This document shows positions 17,912 through 27,903 of a stretch of DNA of 64,000 bases, piece after piece. Position numbers and translations under genes: made by a program. The stretch lies in the IMG/VR virus record IMGVR_UViG_3300047476_000972, positions 1 through 64,000 of that record; one strand, given 5' to 3'. Numbering within the stretch: the stretch's first letter is position 1; every line of letters begins with the position of its first letter. The notes beneath the pieces are model-generated. The model had not been told where the DNA came from and did not search any database. It saw only the letters and a program-made list of their open reading frames with translations. Origin of the DNA: a virus.

Positions 17912-18273
17912 CAGAATGGGCTATTGACCTCTGGCCCTATGTAAACGGAAAAGCTCTGACCCTAGGAATTGATTTGAAGGAGATGAATATGTCAGACATG
18001 TTAGACGTCATTCATTTTCTTTTTGAAGAAGATTCTCGATACTCGTCTCAGGAAGAAGTCGAGTCAGTTAGCGCGATGAGGACTCAAATTTATGAGGGGC
18101 TGTATGGCGTGCCTTACACCTATAAGTTGAAAAAGAGCTCGAGATCAAACATGAATTCTTCTTCGGGAGATTTTTCTGGCATTGAAGAGACTAAACCATA
18201 CATTCCTCCAACAGAGTTTGATCCAGAATCATCCAATCCATTCGGCAGTCTTTTAGAAGCTCCGCTTCGCTAG
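17884..18273 (+). CDS. Tail assembly chaperone, frameshifted (T-like) part (ORF-track start 17974)
   Basis: In the -1 frame relative to the upstream chaperone; protein-like sequence extends 30 codons upstream of the first start codon. Confidence 0.7.
   Translation, partial: PPGRAARGLAEWAIDLWPYVNGKALTLGIDLKEMNMSDMLDVIHFLFEEDSRYSSQEEVESVSAMRTQIYEGLYGVPYTYKLKKSSRSNMNSSSGDFSGIEETKPYIPPTEFDPESSNPFGSLLEAPLR
17887..17935 (+). other. Candidate -1 frameshift signal of the tail chaperone (C_CCG_GAA + 8-bp stem GCCAGAGG/CCTCTGGC)
   Basis: The -1 frame is open from 17884 and reads LAEWAIDLWPYVNGKAL... into the next ORF. The stem begins 5 nt after the heptamer. Confidence 0.65.
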
Positions 18274-18289
18274 TTAAGTAGGTGAAAAA

Positions 18290-21160
18290 GTGGCCCTAGT
18301 AGGTGAAGCGCATATCCTCGTTCGTGCTATTACAACGAACGTAGAGAAGGATATTAAGCGCGCTTTCAGCAATGTTAGCGGTAGTTCTGCGTCCAATGCT
18401 GGAGCATCTCTAGGAGCTTCTTTTTCTAGAGGGCTTAGAGGTAGCTTAGATAATAATGTTTTTTCCAGACTAGCCGAGAACATTGCCCAGATAGCACCTA
18501 ATGGAGAGCAAGCTAGATTAGCTTTCCAGGGCATGGTAAGAAGCTCCTACACGGCTGGGACTGCGATTTCCGTACTACTAGGGGCAATATCTTCTCTAAT
18601 AGGTGGTCTTGGTGCGCTAGTTGGTGCTGCTGGGCAGGCCGCCGTTGGCTTGGTTGCTGTTGCTGGTGCTGCAGTAGCCCTTAAAGTTGGATTTAGCGTT
18701 GCTGGGCTAGCCTTCAAGGGAATTAGCCAAGCAGTTTCTGCGGCAACCTCGGCAAACAAGTCTTATGCTGACTCATTAAGAAAAGCTAAGTTCGAAGCAG
18801 AAGAAGCTGCTCTAGCGGTTGACGAAGCATCTCTAAACCTAGAGAAAGCAATTGAAGCTAGAAACCGAGTAGCTGATCTACCAGTTAATAGCAGAATACG
18901 AAGAGAAGCAGATCTCAACGTAAAAAAGGCAGAACTTGCACTACGTAAGGCAAAGGATGCCGAAAAGAATGCAGGTAAGGCCGCAGGTGGTGCTGGTAGT
19001 CAAGATCCATACGCCGGACTAACTCCTTCTCAGAAGGCGTTTGCTCAGTTCTTGGCTGGTCTAAAGACTAAGATGGACGAGATCAAAGAGGCTGCAGCTA
19101 AGGGCTTCCTACCTCTACTGAAGACTCAGATGGAGCGTCTAATCCAAGCTGGCGCTCTGGAGATTATACGAGACAGATTCTATGACATCGGCAGAGGCAT
19201 GGGATTCGCTGCCGAAAAATTTACTGACATTGTCATGATCAGAGGTAGCCTAAAGAAGCTAGATGAAGTATTAAAAAATATCTCCGAGCAACTTCCGCCA
19301 ATGGGTACTATTTTTGGAAACCTGTTTGACGGTTTGTTAAGTGTTCTTCGTCTTGCTGACCCAGCTATACGAAACTTTATTGGCTATTTAGAAACTAAGT
19401 CAAAGAAGTTTGCTGACTATTTTACCGTTGGTGGAGACCCTAAAAACAGCTCCATATCTAAGTTTTTTGTGGAATCGGAAAAAATGTTGGAAAGATTCTT
19501 TGGAATCTTTGGAAACATTTTCAAGACCATAGGAACCTTAGTAGAGGCTAACTTTGGTCTTGGCTCTGGTGGCGAGATCATGGTGACTTGGCTGGAAAAA
19601 ACTACCAGCGGGTGGGCCAACATGGGACGTACTTTTGACGGCAAAGTCAGTGCTCCATTCAAGCAATGGTTTAGTGATGCTGCAACCAATACAACAAAAA
19701 TATTGGACTCTATCGGAGCGCTTATTAAGGAGTTCCTCAAGCTGGGCGATATGCCAGAAATCGGCGAGACCTTTGACATCCTTAAAGCCGGAGCGCCTGC
19801 CATGGGTGAGCTCATGCGGGCTGGTATTAAGGCTGGACCTTCGCTAGCTCGACTAGTTGTAGAGTTGACAAGAATTTTTGTAGCCCTAGCTGACTCTGAG
19901 GGCCCTAAGGTCTTCTTTGACACTCTAACTACTTTTGCCTCGAAGACTGCAGACATTCTCGAGAGTGAAGTTGCTCAAAAAATTCTTAAAATGGTTGGTG
20001 GATTTCTAGCTTTTGCTCTTGCAATCGGCACAGTAACAAAACTTGCTAAATTCTTCGGAAGCGTCTTTATGGGAGTATTCCAGAACATAGCGGGTATGGC
20101 TGGTGGATTTATAACTAACCTAGGTAGATTCCAAAGTTTCCTTGTGCAGATGAACCTAGGGGCTAAAGACCTAATTGGTAAGGGTGGCTTCTTGAACACC
20201 CTATTCGGAAATCTAGGTGTTGGACTTAGCCGTTTCGGTCGTTTCTTGACTAGTTTTCCTGGTGTTGCAATTATTGCAACTCTTGTTACTCTATTTGTTG
20301 ACCTATATAACAACTCCGAGACCTTTAGAACAACCGTGCAGGCCACCCTGTCTGGTATTGGCGATGCATTTGGTCGCCTCTGGGGCTCGCTAATGGGGCT
20401 GTTTGACCAGCTATTTGGTGGCGAAGGTTTGGGCGGAATTATGGAAGCCATTCGCCCAGTAACTGAACTAATTCTTGGTACGGTATTCCCATTGATTGGT
20501 GGCGTAATTACCGTAATCATTGACACTGTAGCCACCGCAATTAACTTTATAACCACATTGGTTAGAACCATTATGAATGGTATTAAACCACTTGTTAGTG
20601 GAATCATGGATCTATTCAAGGGTAACTTCGGCCCTGGCCTCGCTAAGATTTTTGGTGGCATAGGAATCATGTTGCTAGGAATTATTGAAGGCATTGTTAA
20701 TGCCATCATTGGTGGAATTAACATAGTTCTAGGTGTGGTCAATGGTCTACTCAAGGCGATCGGTGATGGCCCTGTTGGTCAGTTCCTCAAGACTGTTACC
20801 GGTGGAGCTATCAACCTATCGAACGTTAAGCTAAAAGTCGATTACGTTGATTGGACTAGCAAGGCTAAGGCCAACTTGGCTAAAGTTGGCGGCACTAAGA
20901 TGGCCACTGGTGGTACTGTATACCCAAGCTCTGGTGGATCAATGGTTACCGTAGCCGAGGCTGGTCGTCCAGAACGTATCGAACCACTACACCCTAACGG
21001 TCTATCTGATAGAGATATGGCTATCATCAACAAACTTTCTGGAGGCGGTGGCCCTCAGATTCAGGTCACAGTTAACCCATCTGCAAAGATGGATGAGCGC
21101 GAATTGGCAATGCAAGTTTCTCGCCAGATCGCATACGAGATTCGTAAGGGCGGTTACTAA
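18290..21160 (+). CDS. Tape measure protein
   Basis: 956 aa, A/G/L-rich amphipathic and hydrophobic repeats; C-terminal MATGG...VAEAGRPE motif; follows the chaperones. Confidence 0.9.
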   Translation: MALVGEAHILVRAITTNVEKDIKRAFSNVSGSSASNAGASLGASFSRGLRGSLDNNVFSRLAENIAQIAPNGEQARLAFQGMVRSSYTAGTAISVLLGAISSLIGGLGALVGAAGQAAVGLVAVAGAAVALKVGFSVAGLAFKGISQAVSAATSANKSYADSLRKAKFEAEEAALAVDEASLNLEKAIEARNRVADLPVNSRIRREADLNVKKAELALRKAKDAEKNAGKAAGGAGSQDPYAGLTPSQKAFAQFLAGLKTKMDEIKEAAAKGFLPLLKTQMERLIQAGALEIIRDRFYDIGRGMGFAAEKFTDIVMIRGSLKKLDEVLKNISEQLPPMGTIFGNLFDGLLSVLRLADPAIRNFIGYLETKSKKFADYFTVGGDPKNSSISKFFVESEKMLERFFGIFGNIFKTIGTLVEANFGLGSGGEIMVTWLEKTTSGWANMGRTFDGKVSAPFKQWFSDAATNTTKILDSIGALIKEFLKLGDMPEIGETFDILKAGAPAMGELMRAGIKAGPSLARLVVELTRIFVALADSEGPKVFFDTLTTFASKTADILESEVAQKILKMVGGFLAFALAIGTVTKLAKFFGSVFMGVFQNIAGMAGGFITNLGRFQSFLVQMNLGAKDLIGKGGFLNTLFGNLGVGLSRFGRFLTSFPGVAIIATLVTLFVDLYNNSETFRTTVQATLSGIGDAFGRLWGSLMGLFDQLFGGEGLGGIMEAIRPVTELILGTVFPLIGGVITVIIDTVATAINFITTLVRTIMNGIKPLVSGIMDLFKGNFGPGLAKIFGGIGIMLLGIIEGIVNAIIGGINIVLGVVNGLLKAIGDGPVGQFLKTVTGGAINLSNVKLKVDYVDWTSKAKANLAKVGGTKMATGGTVYPSSGGSMVTVAEAGRPERIEPLHPNGLSDRDMAIINKLSGGGGPQIQVTVNPSAKMDERELAMQVSRQIAYEIRKGGY

Positions 21161-22140
21161 TGCCAACATATTATGACCCTAGTGCAAATATAAATCCAGC
21201 TACTCAGGCGGATGAGAATAAGTTAGTAAACAAGGCACTATCTAACCTACCCGCTCCGCACATCTCGGGACTAAAACTTCAGGCCGACATTTCTATTGGT
21301 GACCTAACGCTCAATACTATTGACGATAGCGATGTTATCTGGGTATGTACGGATATCGAGGGTTGGTGGAATCTACCAGAACCAGAGCTTCCAGACCTTC
21401 CTCGAGGATGGGGAGACGGTTCCTATGATGCTAAGGGTCGCTACACTGCTAGGCTCATGACCCTGAATGGCTCGTTCCTTACTCAGGATCCTTCCCAAGT
21501 TGAGGCTGCCAGACAAAAACTATTTAATGCTATTGACTTGGTATACGCTGGCGCGGACTTGGTAGTTAAGGAATCCCCAGTAATTAAAACTGCTTTTGTC
21601 AGACTTAGCGGTAGGCCAGAAATTGCCACCATGAAGGCTAGAGGTCGGACTGATTTTTCTATTGGTCTTAAAGCTGCTGACCCAATCAAATACGAGTATC
21701 TTTACACTTCTAGCCAAGCTGGTTCAGGCGAGACTATTGTGGATGGTTACAGGGAAAAAACTATCTCAGCCAATGGAAATACTACATGTACAAACTCGGG
21801 GACATATAAAGTTCCAACTGTCCTAGCTATAGCTGGTCCAGTTAATGCTGGAGCAACCATAGTTAATGCCATCAACTACTCTGACTCGAGCGTTACTGAC
21901 ATCTCTGAGACCATAACAGTAGTTACTGCTATCCCAAGCGGATCTACTCTAGAGATTGATTCGCTGAATAGAGAAGTGGTTCTAGTAACTGGAAGCACCG
22001 TTGTAAATGCGAGAAGTTATATCTCTACTCTCAGCGACTGGATCAGATTAGAGCCAAGCTCTAAGGCAAGCAATACAATCACCTTCACAGCCTCTGGAGG
22101 TACCTGTACCGTATCTTTCAGATCTGGCTGGATTGGCTAG
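21160..22140 (+). CDS. Distal tail (Dit-like) protein
   Basis: Follows the TMP via TAATG overlap; IEGWW..P...PRGWGDG...R.MTL.G...LKAADP.KY motifs; ends R.GW. Confidence 0.75.
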   Translation: MPTYYDPSANINPATQADENKLVNKALSNLPAPHISGLKLQADISIGDLTLNTIDDSDVIWVCTDIEGWWNLPEPELPDLPRGWGDGSYDAKGRYTARLMTLNGSFLTQDPSQVEAARQKLFNAIDLVYAGADLVVKESPVIKTAFVRLSGRPEIATMKARGRTDFSIGLKAADPIKYEYLYTSSQAGSGETIVDGYREKTISANGNTTCTNSGTYKVPTVLAIAGPVNAGATIVNAINYSDSSVTDISETITVVTAIPSGSTLEIDSLNREVVLVTGSTVVNARSYISTLSDWIRLEPSSKASNTITFTASGGTCTVSFRSGWIG

Positions 22141-22149
22141 TGTTATAAT
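22141..22149 (+). promoter_or_regulatory. Extended -10 promoter (TG-T-TATAAT)
   Basis: Perfect TGnTATAAT in the 39-nt gap before ATG 22180. Confidence 0.55.
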
Positions 22150-22179
22150 TTATCTAAAGACAACGACGAAAGTACAGTA

Positions 22180-24510
22180 ATGGCGACTTTAACTACACAA
22201 CCGACACTCTCGGCTAATTATCGCTATTTCGTTTGCGACCTTGTTACTAACGAGCTACTAGCAGAAATTCCGCTAAGCGGGGTATCTTATGGTCGATCAA
22301 TTCGCGAGGCAGGGCCTTTTACAGGTGACATTCCAGTAAGCCCTGAAACCTACAACCTGAGCCTATACGAGAACACTGTTCCAGGTAAAACAGCTCTATA
22401 CATTGTTCGTAATAACCAGTGTGTGTGGGGCGGAATCATTTGGTCTAGATCATATGACATCAAAAATAAAGTTTTGAACATTAGTGGTAACGAGTTCCCT
22501 AGCTACCTGTATCACCGCGTTGCATGGAAGACCTTTGACAATGGCTACAACGCTACAGTTACCCTAGACACTAACGGCATCGGCAAGCTAGAGCTGCAAG
22601 ATAACGAAACATTTGATTTTGAAGCTAATATGCCAATTCAATTGGTGTTTGGTTCAGAAAACAATCAGAAGTACAACGGCTACTACTACATCACTGATGA
22701 TCCTGCACCCACTACTAGCGTTGCTTACTTCACTGCTCAAAAAGACGGTAATGGTCTTATTTCTGTTCAAGGGGTAGCTAGGCAGGACACAAGTACAGCT
22801 GTCTATGTAAGACAAGATACGTACCAATATGCACGTGATTTGCTCGATGCATTAGAGCTGGATTTTTATGGACCTATCTTTGGAAATTCTGAGATAGAGC
22901 CCTCTCAGGTATTCGCGCAAATTATTACTACGGTATCTAGAACATCTAATGTCGCTACCGCGGTTTTTGCCAAGCCCCACTACTTGATTGCCGGACAAGG
23001 GTTTACTGTCAGAAATAGTGACACGGCTCTAGATGGTCGCCATGTGGTGCTAGATGTTCCAAATGAGAACACCATAACATTTACCAGCACTGGTAACGAT
23101 ATCTCCACGACTTCATTGACATCAAACGAGTCGGCCATATCTCAATACTCAAGAGCCGCTACTGGTGTTGTCACGGTGACTACTACATCTTCGCACTCAT
23201 TTAATGTGGATGATGTTGTAGAGGTAAGCGGACTTACTAACCTAATAGACGGTACCCATGTAGTGACTGGAACTACCAGCACAACTCTAACCTTTCAGAC
23301 TGAAGTTACTGTAGCTATCGCAACTAGCGAGCCTGCGGAAGACGCCACCGTGGAACGTAAGGCAGAAATTAGGTATGGATCTTACGGCGAGTATTCTCAG
23401 AACTCGGGACTTCAGTTGGATTACTCTACTGGTGGGCTCAGTGTTCAATCTCCTAGAGATAATCACCCATTTAGGGGTTTCGAACTTAAGTATGTCGGAG
23501 AGATTCTAGAGGAATATTCAAACAAGCCGGGTGGCTTTGAGTATCGAATTGACTGCGCATACGATGCGAATACAAACTCATTCACCAGAACTTTTGTCTT
23601 CCTGCCTATGGAGCCTGACTCTTTAAGAGAATATAAAAACGCGCTCCCAAACTCTAAGCTTCCTGCTGGTAAATACGCTCCCCTATCCGCGTTTAATGCG
23701 GACAAGATTGTATTTGAGCACCCTGGAAACATCCTAGCTGCTAGCATGGTTGAATCGGCAGAAGACGCGGCTACACGCTTCTGGGTTCAGGGTGATGACG
23801 ACACTGGTAACTCTAATGCTTCACTGCCCTATGCGGCTGAATCAAACTTTGACTATTTAGATCGTGGGTGGCCTCTACTTGATCAAGTAGAAAAGATTGA
23901 CAATATTAGCGAAGAGTCAATACTTTACGACGAGTATGCGACTCGTATGCTCTCGGAGTCAGTACCTCCGATTTCGAGTTTCTCTATTACTGTAGACGGA
24001 TCCCTCCGACCAACGCTAGGAACATACAAACCAGGAGACTGGTGTTCAATCATTATTAATGATGATTTTGTGCAACTAAGAATTCAAAGCGAACTAGAGC
24101 CCGGGAGCTCGCAGGCAGATAGAGCTGGTGTCTTGCTTCGTAAGATTGATGCGTTTGAGGTGTCTGTACCAGAAAGCCCTAGCGTCCCGGAGGAAGTTAC
24201 TTTGACCCTAGTAACTGAGACTGAAATTGATTCTGCTGGTGCCACTTTGATTGATTTAGATCCGACAATCATCAACACTACAAGCATTACTTTTGCTGTT
24301 AAATTTGACACTGAAAGAACAGATAGCTCTACCACTATTGCTCTATTTAGGGGCTCTACTCAGCTGACGACATGGACCCTTGATGCTGACGACATTCTTG
24401 ATGCAACTTATTCAGCAACTGGTCTATCAGCTGGTACTAAATACGAATTTAAGCTAAAAGTTAATGGGACTACTTACGTAACTCAGTATGTAAAGACAAG
24501 GGCCTCGTAA
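22180..24510 (+). CDS. Minor tail / baseplate hub protein (Gp37-like) with inserted accessory beta domains
   Basis: YRYFVCDLVTNELLAEIPL...VWGGIIW...HPGNI...GWPLLD...GTYKPGD motifs; follows Dit. Confidence 0.7.
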   Translation: MATLTTQPTLSANYRYFVCDLVTNELLAEIPLSGVSYGRSIREAGPFTGDIPVSPETYNLSLYENTVPGKTALYIVRNNQCVWGGIIWSRSYDIKNKVLNISGNEFPSYLYHRVAWKTFDNGYNATVTLDTNGIGKLELQDNETFDFEANMPIQLVFGSENNQKYNGYYYITDDPAPTTSVAYFTAQKDGNGLISVQGVARQDTSTAVYVRQDTYQYARDLLDALELDFYGPIFGNSEIEPSQVFAQIITTVSRTSNVATAVFAKPHYLIAGQGFTVRNSDTALDGRHVVLDVPNENTITFTSTGNDISTTSLTSNESAISQYSRAATGVVTVTTTSSHSFNVDDVVEVSGLTNLIDGTHVVTGTTSTTLTFQTEVTVAIATSEPAEDATVERKAEIRYGSYGEYSQNSGLQLDYSTGGLSVQSPRDNHPFRGFELKYVGEILEEYSNKPGGFEYRIDCAYDANTNSFTRTFVFLPMEPDSLREYKNALPNSKLPAGKYAPLSAFNADKIVFEHPGNILAASMVESAEDAATRFWVQGDDDTGNSNASLPYAAESNFDYLDRGWPLLDQVEKIDNISEESILYDEYATRMLSESVPPISSFSITVDGSLRPTLGTYKPGDWCSIIINDDFVQLRIQSELEPGSSQADRAGVLLRKIDAFEVSVPESPSVPEEVTLTLVTETEIDSAGATLIDLDPTIINTTSITFAVKFDTERTDSSTTIALFRGSTQLTTWTLDADDILDATYSATGLSAGTKYEFKLKVNGTTYVTQYVKTRAS

Positions 24511-24512
24511 TC

Positions 24513-27206
24513 ATGGGAATTAGACGTAGACGTAAAAAGCTGACCAGCCTCATATCCAATATGGATAAAAGGATCAGAACTGTAGAGTTTAAGAAGACAG
24601 CCTATGGAGTCACCAGCACCACGGAAGAAGTCTCTTCTAATGAAGAAGTTGGCGGTAACGAACCAGCCGGCTCTGTATACTCTCCTACCCTACCGAACCC
24701 ATGGACTCGAGTACAACGAGCCTACTTCCACCCATCAAACGTAGTAGCTGGAGATAGGTTTGAGGTCCTGATGTACAATACCAACGGTATTGAGTCAGTA
24801 TCAGGGTCTTCCGCTGAGAAGGGGGACTTTGTATCTATCTCTGCGCTAGGTAGATCTGCAGCTCCGATTGTTACCGTTGGCAGAACATACTTCAAAAATA
24901 CTAACCCTAGTAATCCCTACTACACATGTCGCGCTCACGGAACTCCAAGTTGGTCGCTGAGCTCCACTAATACACGCGAAAGCCTAAAATTTAATGGTAA
25001 TCAGGTATACGTGCCATTGCCAATCTCTGGAGATGTTTTTGGCACCGTTACCCATACATACCTGTTCTCGCATGGAAGCAGTATTACGGCAAATGGTCCT
25101 AGATACTCTCTAGCAACTAGAGCGTTGATTGCTTCGCACTCAGCTACAACAACTACTGCCACCCTAACCATCTCGGGAACTTCGCACCACTACACAGCTG
25201 ATGACATTATTGATGTCAATGATCTTCCTGAAGCATATCGAGGCGTAGATGGCTTGTTTAAGGTGAAGTCTGTAACTTCCACTACCATCAGCTACGATTT
25301 TGATACTCCTCTATCGGCAGCTATTTCGTCTGCTACTGCTAGTTCGGGTACATATATTTATTCAGTTGCACAGAAATATGTCCGAGTTGGATCAACTTGG
25401 TTTGATACTGCAAATAAAGATAAGGTCTATTATTGGAATGGGCTGAGGTACCAAAGTAGCCAAGTAGAGGGGTTGACAAATGACGGTTCTGCACCAAGCC
25501 CGCCTACAAACCTTACTTTAGTTACAAGTGGGTATAACCGAGGTACCGACGGCGGTGCTAGGTCTAGGGTTGATCTATCTTGGACTGCGCCAACAACATC
25601 TGCTAATGGTAATACTTTAGATGATTTACTCGGATATAAAATTAGGATAAGCGAGACTGGCTACAGCAACTGGCGTGACACTAGAGATTTAAATGGACGA
25701 GACACTTCTGAAACAATAACTGGCTTAGATCCAAATAAGCAATATTACTTCCGAGTAACCGCCTATGATTCATTTGGGAACGAATCTACTGGACTTGACG
25801 GGACAATTGTTACTGGATTGGCCGCACTTAGCGTCGAAAAACCGTCGGCCCCTACAATTCCTACACCTAGGCTTGGAGTAGTTTTAGTTAGCTGGGATGG
25901 GAAAGACTATAACGGCGCTACAGTTCCTTTAGAGCTAATCAACTTTTTAGAGGTGCATGGATCAACTACTAGCGGATTTACCCCTAGCTCTAGCACCTTG
26001 CTAGCAAAAATTTATTCTAAAAACGCCCCCGCTGCAATTTCCAATCTTACCTACAACGCAACTTACTACTTTAAACTTGTTGCAGTCGATAAAAATGGCA
26101 ATTCTAGTGATCCTTCCACTCAAACATCGGCCATAATTAAGCCCCTAGTTGATACTGACGTTATCGGTAAGGTTTTGAATGGAGCAAACATTGTAGACGG
26201 CTCTATTACTGCATCCGATTCAATTATTGGTAATACTATTACTGGCGGACTAATTCAGGCTCTTGCCATCAACGCTGGGCATATCGAGTCAAATAGCATC
26301 ACCACAGACCGACTACAAGCCGGAACAATGACTGGCTTTACTATTCAAACATCCACCGGAAACACCGCAGTTATTCTAAGTGCGGCCGATAACAGTCTCT
26401 CCGTAAAAGTTAACGGAACTGTAGCAGCGTATTTAACCGGAACATACGACAGCACGTGGGGATATGGCGCTATGTTTGGGCTAGGGACCATCGGAGATCC
26501 ATACAGTAGCAACGTGTTTTTCGAGGCGGATGCCTCCATTATTAGAGGTCCAAATAACGTAGCGGGGCTGGCTGCTTGGAGAAGTGGCGGTGGATATCTT
26601 GATCTCTGGGCCAACACTCAAATGAACCTAAGCGCCAGCTACATAACCATGGGCGATGCTCTTTCCGATTTAATAGATATTCAAGGCGCGGTAGTCATTA
26701 ATGGTACCACTGGTCTATATGTTCAAAATCGAATTGATGCATATGGACGTATTGCAGCTCCTTCTTTTGCAATATGGGGCGTCGGTACTGTGATCACCGG
26801 AACTGGTGGTGTAGCACCTATCTCTGGTACCACAACCTCGGCCGCGAACGTTCGTCAACCAACCAGCGGTGACTCCCTGCTGAGGTTTGTTTCCTCTAGT
26901 GGTAGATATAAAAACACTGTCGTGGATATAGATTCTGTTGAAGAGCTAAACCCTAAGCTTTTATTAGACTTGCCTGTACGTGCTTTTAAGTACAATACTG
27001 ACTACTTAAGTAATCCTGAAGACTCTAGGTACGATAGTCTAGTCCCTGGTTTTATTGCTGAAGAAGTAGAGCAGTTCTACGGAGCCGCGGTAGACTATAA
27101 TGAAGACAATGTTCCAGAAAACTGGAATGAAAAGATGATGGTGCCTAGCATGCTAGCACTTATTCAAGACCTATATAGACAAATTGACGAACTGAAGCAA
27201 AGGTAA
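24513..27206 (+). CDS. Tail tip / central fibre with FN3 domains and C-terminal intramolecular chaperone (peptidase S74-like)
   Basis: FN3 signatures (LSWTAP...GYKI...ITGLDPNKQYYFRVTAYD); C-terminal SSGRYKNTV...LPVRAFKY...GFIAEEV plus coiled coil. Confidence 0.8.
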   Translation: MGIRRRRKKLTSLISNMDKRIRTVEFKKTAYGVTSTTEEVSSNEEVGGNEPAGSVYSPTLPNPWTRVQRAYFHPSNVVAGDRFEVLMYNTNGIESVSGSSAEKGDFVSISALGRSAAPIVTVGRTYFKNTNPSNPYYTCRAHGTPSWSLSSTNTRESLKFNGNQVYVPLPISGDVFGTVTHTYLFSHGSSITANGPRYSLATRALIASHSATTTTATLTISGTSHHYTADDIIDVNDLPEAYRGVDGLFKVKSVTSTTISYDFDTPLSAAISSATASSGTYIYSVAQKYVRVGSTWFDTANKDKVYYWNGLRYQSSQVEGLTNDGSAPSPPTNLTLVTSGYNRGTDGGARSRVDLSWTAPTTSANGNTLDDLLGYKIRISETGYSNWRDTRDLNGRDTSETITGLDPNKQYYFRVTAYDSFGNESTGLDGTIVTGLAALSVEKPSAPTIPTPRLGVVLVSWDGKDYNGATVPLELINFLEVHGSTTSGFTPSSSTLLAKIYSKNAPAAISNLTYNATYYFKLVAVDKNGNSSDPSTQTSAIIKPLVDTDVIGKVLNGANIVDGSITASDSIIGNTITGGLIQALAINAGHIESNSITTDRLQAGTMTGFTIQTSTGNTAVILSAADNSLSVKVNGTVAAYLTGTYDSTWGYGAMFGLGTIGDPYSSNVFFEADASIIRGPNNVAGLAAWRSGGGYLDLWANTQMNLSASYITMGDALSDLIDIQGAVVINGTTGLYVQNRIDAYGRIAAPSFAIWGVGTVITGTGGVAPISGTTTSAANVRQPTSGDSLLRFVSSSGRYKNTVVDIDSVEELNPKLLLDLPVRAFKYNTDYLSNPEDSRYDSLVPGFIAEEVEQFYGAAVDYNEDNVPENWNEKMMVPSMLALIQDLYRQIDELKQR

Positions 27207-27209
27207 GTA

Positions 27210-27365
27210 ATGGAAAATCAGGTTGACATAAACTCAGTTATCAATGAGTTTAAGGCTATTATTGCCGATCAAGCTCAGGTTATCGCAATTTTACGAGCAA
27301 CCGTTATATCACTACAATCTAATGCGAATCCGTCTTCATCTACACCCTCATCGGATGGTCAATAA
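27210..27365 (+). CDS. Small coiled-coil hypothetical protein (51 aa, MENQVDINSVINEFKAIIADQAQVIAILRA...), below ORF-track cutoff
   Basis: ATG 27210 to TAA 27363-27365; fills the gap between flanking genes. Confidence 0.65.
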   Translation: MENQVDINSVINEFKAIIADQAQVIAILRATVISLQSNANPSSSTPSSDGQ

Positions 27366-27836
27366 ATGTTAGAAGTGCGAGATGGGGCTAGAACCCTTCA
27401 GTTTAGTGGCTCGCTTTTAGGGAAATCTACATCTAAACGTGGCGACTCAATTAGATGGATTGAATTCGAGCTATATAGGACTGACAGCGGTTCCTACATA
27501 CTGTCACGTATTGGCGTTTCTTTAGTATTCCATGGAGCAGCTTGCGCCTTAGTTAAGCGCTACGGATTAAGTGAAATAGCTTTTGACAAGTTAAATAAAA
27601 AAGCAATTCCATGCCCGGAATGCGATCCATCCGAAGAAGCCGAGCTAGTATTTCCTGAAAAGTATCGTCACTGGGCTCAAGTCTCGGAAGAGCCTGGAGC
27701 CGTGCTAGATGCGTTATATAAGTACGATGACAACGGCGCACGCTACCTAACAAATGTCGCTCAAAGGTTGCTTGAAGAAGCGTCTAAGAACGATGACCTA
27801 ATTGCGGACATTTATAAAATAGAGATAATTCCCTAA
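27366..27836 (+). CDS. Hypothetical protein with H..AC / CPEC putative metal-binding motif
   Basis: 156-aa ORF abutting the previous stop codon. Confidence 0.65.
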   Translation: MLEVRDGARTLQFSGSLLGKSTSKRGDSIRWIEFELYRTDSGSYILSRIGVSLVFHGAACALVKRYGLSEIAFDKLNKKAIPCPECDPSEEAELVFPEKYRHWAQVSEEPGAVLDALYKYDDNGARYLTNVAQRLLEEASKNDDLIADIYKIEIIP

Positions 27837-27842
27837 CAAGAC

Positions 27843-27870
27843 ACCCTAGTTGCAAAGACTAGGGTTTTTT
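27843..27870 (+). terminator. Rho-independent terminator ending the structural operon
   Basis: ACCCTAGT-TGCAAAG-ACTAGGGT followed by TTTTT. Confidence 0.7.
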
Positions 27871-27878
27871 GCTAATAT
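27850..27878 (+). promoter_or_regulatory. Sigma70/SigA-type promoter for the DNA polymerase operon
   Basis: TTGCAA (27850-27855), 17 bp, TAATAT (27873-27878) with extended TG. Confidence 0.6.
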
Positions 27879-27903
27879 AAATTTCTTATCGAAAAGGATT
27901 TAT

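Noticed and set aside
7416-21033. Numerous - strand ORFs opposite structural genes (e.g. 9408..9920, 11072..11629, 19975..20754)
   Set aside because: They are antisense shadows of strongly biased coding frames and lack independent starts or motifs.
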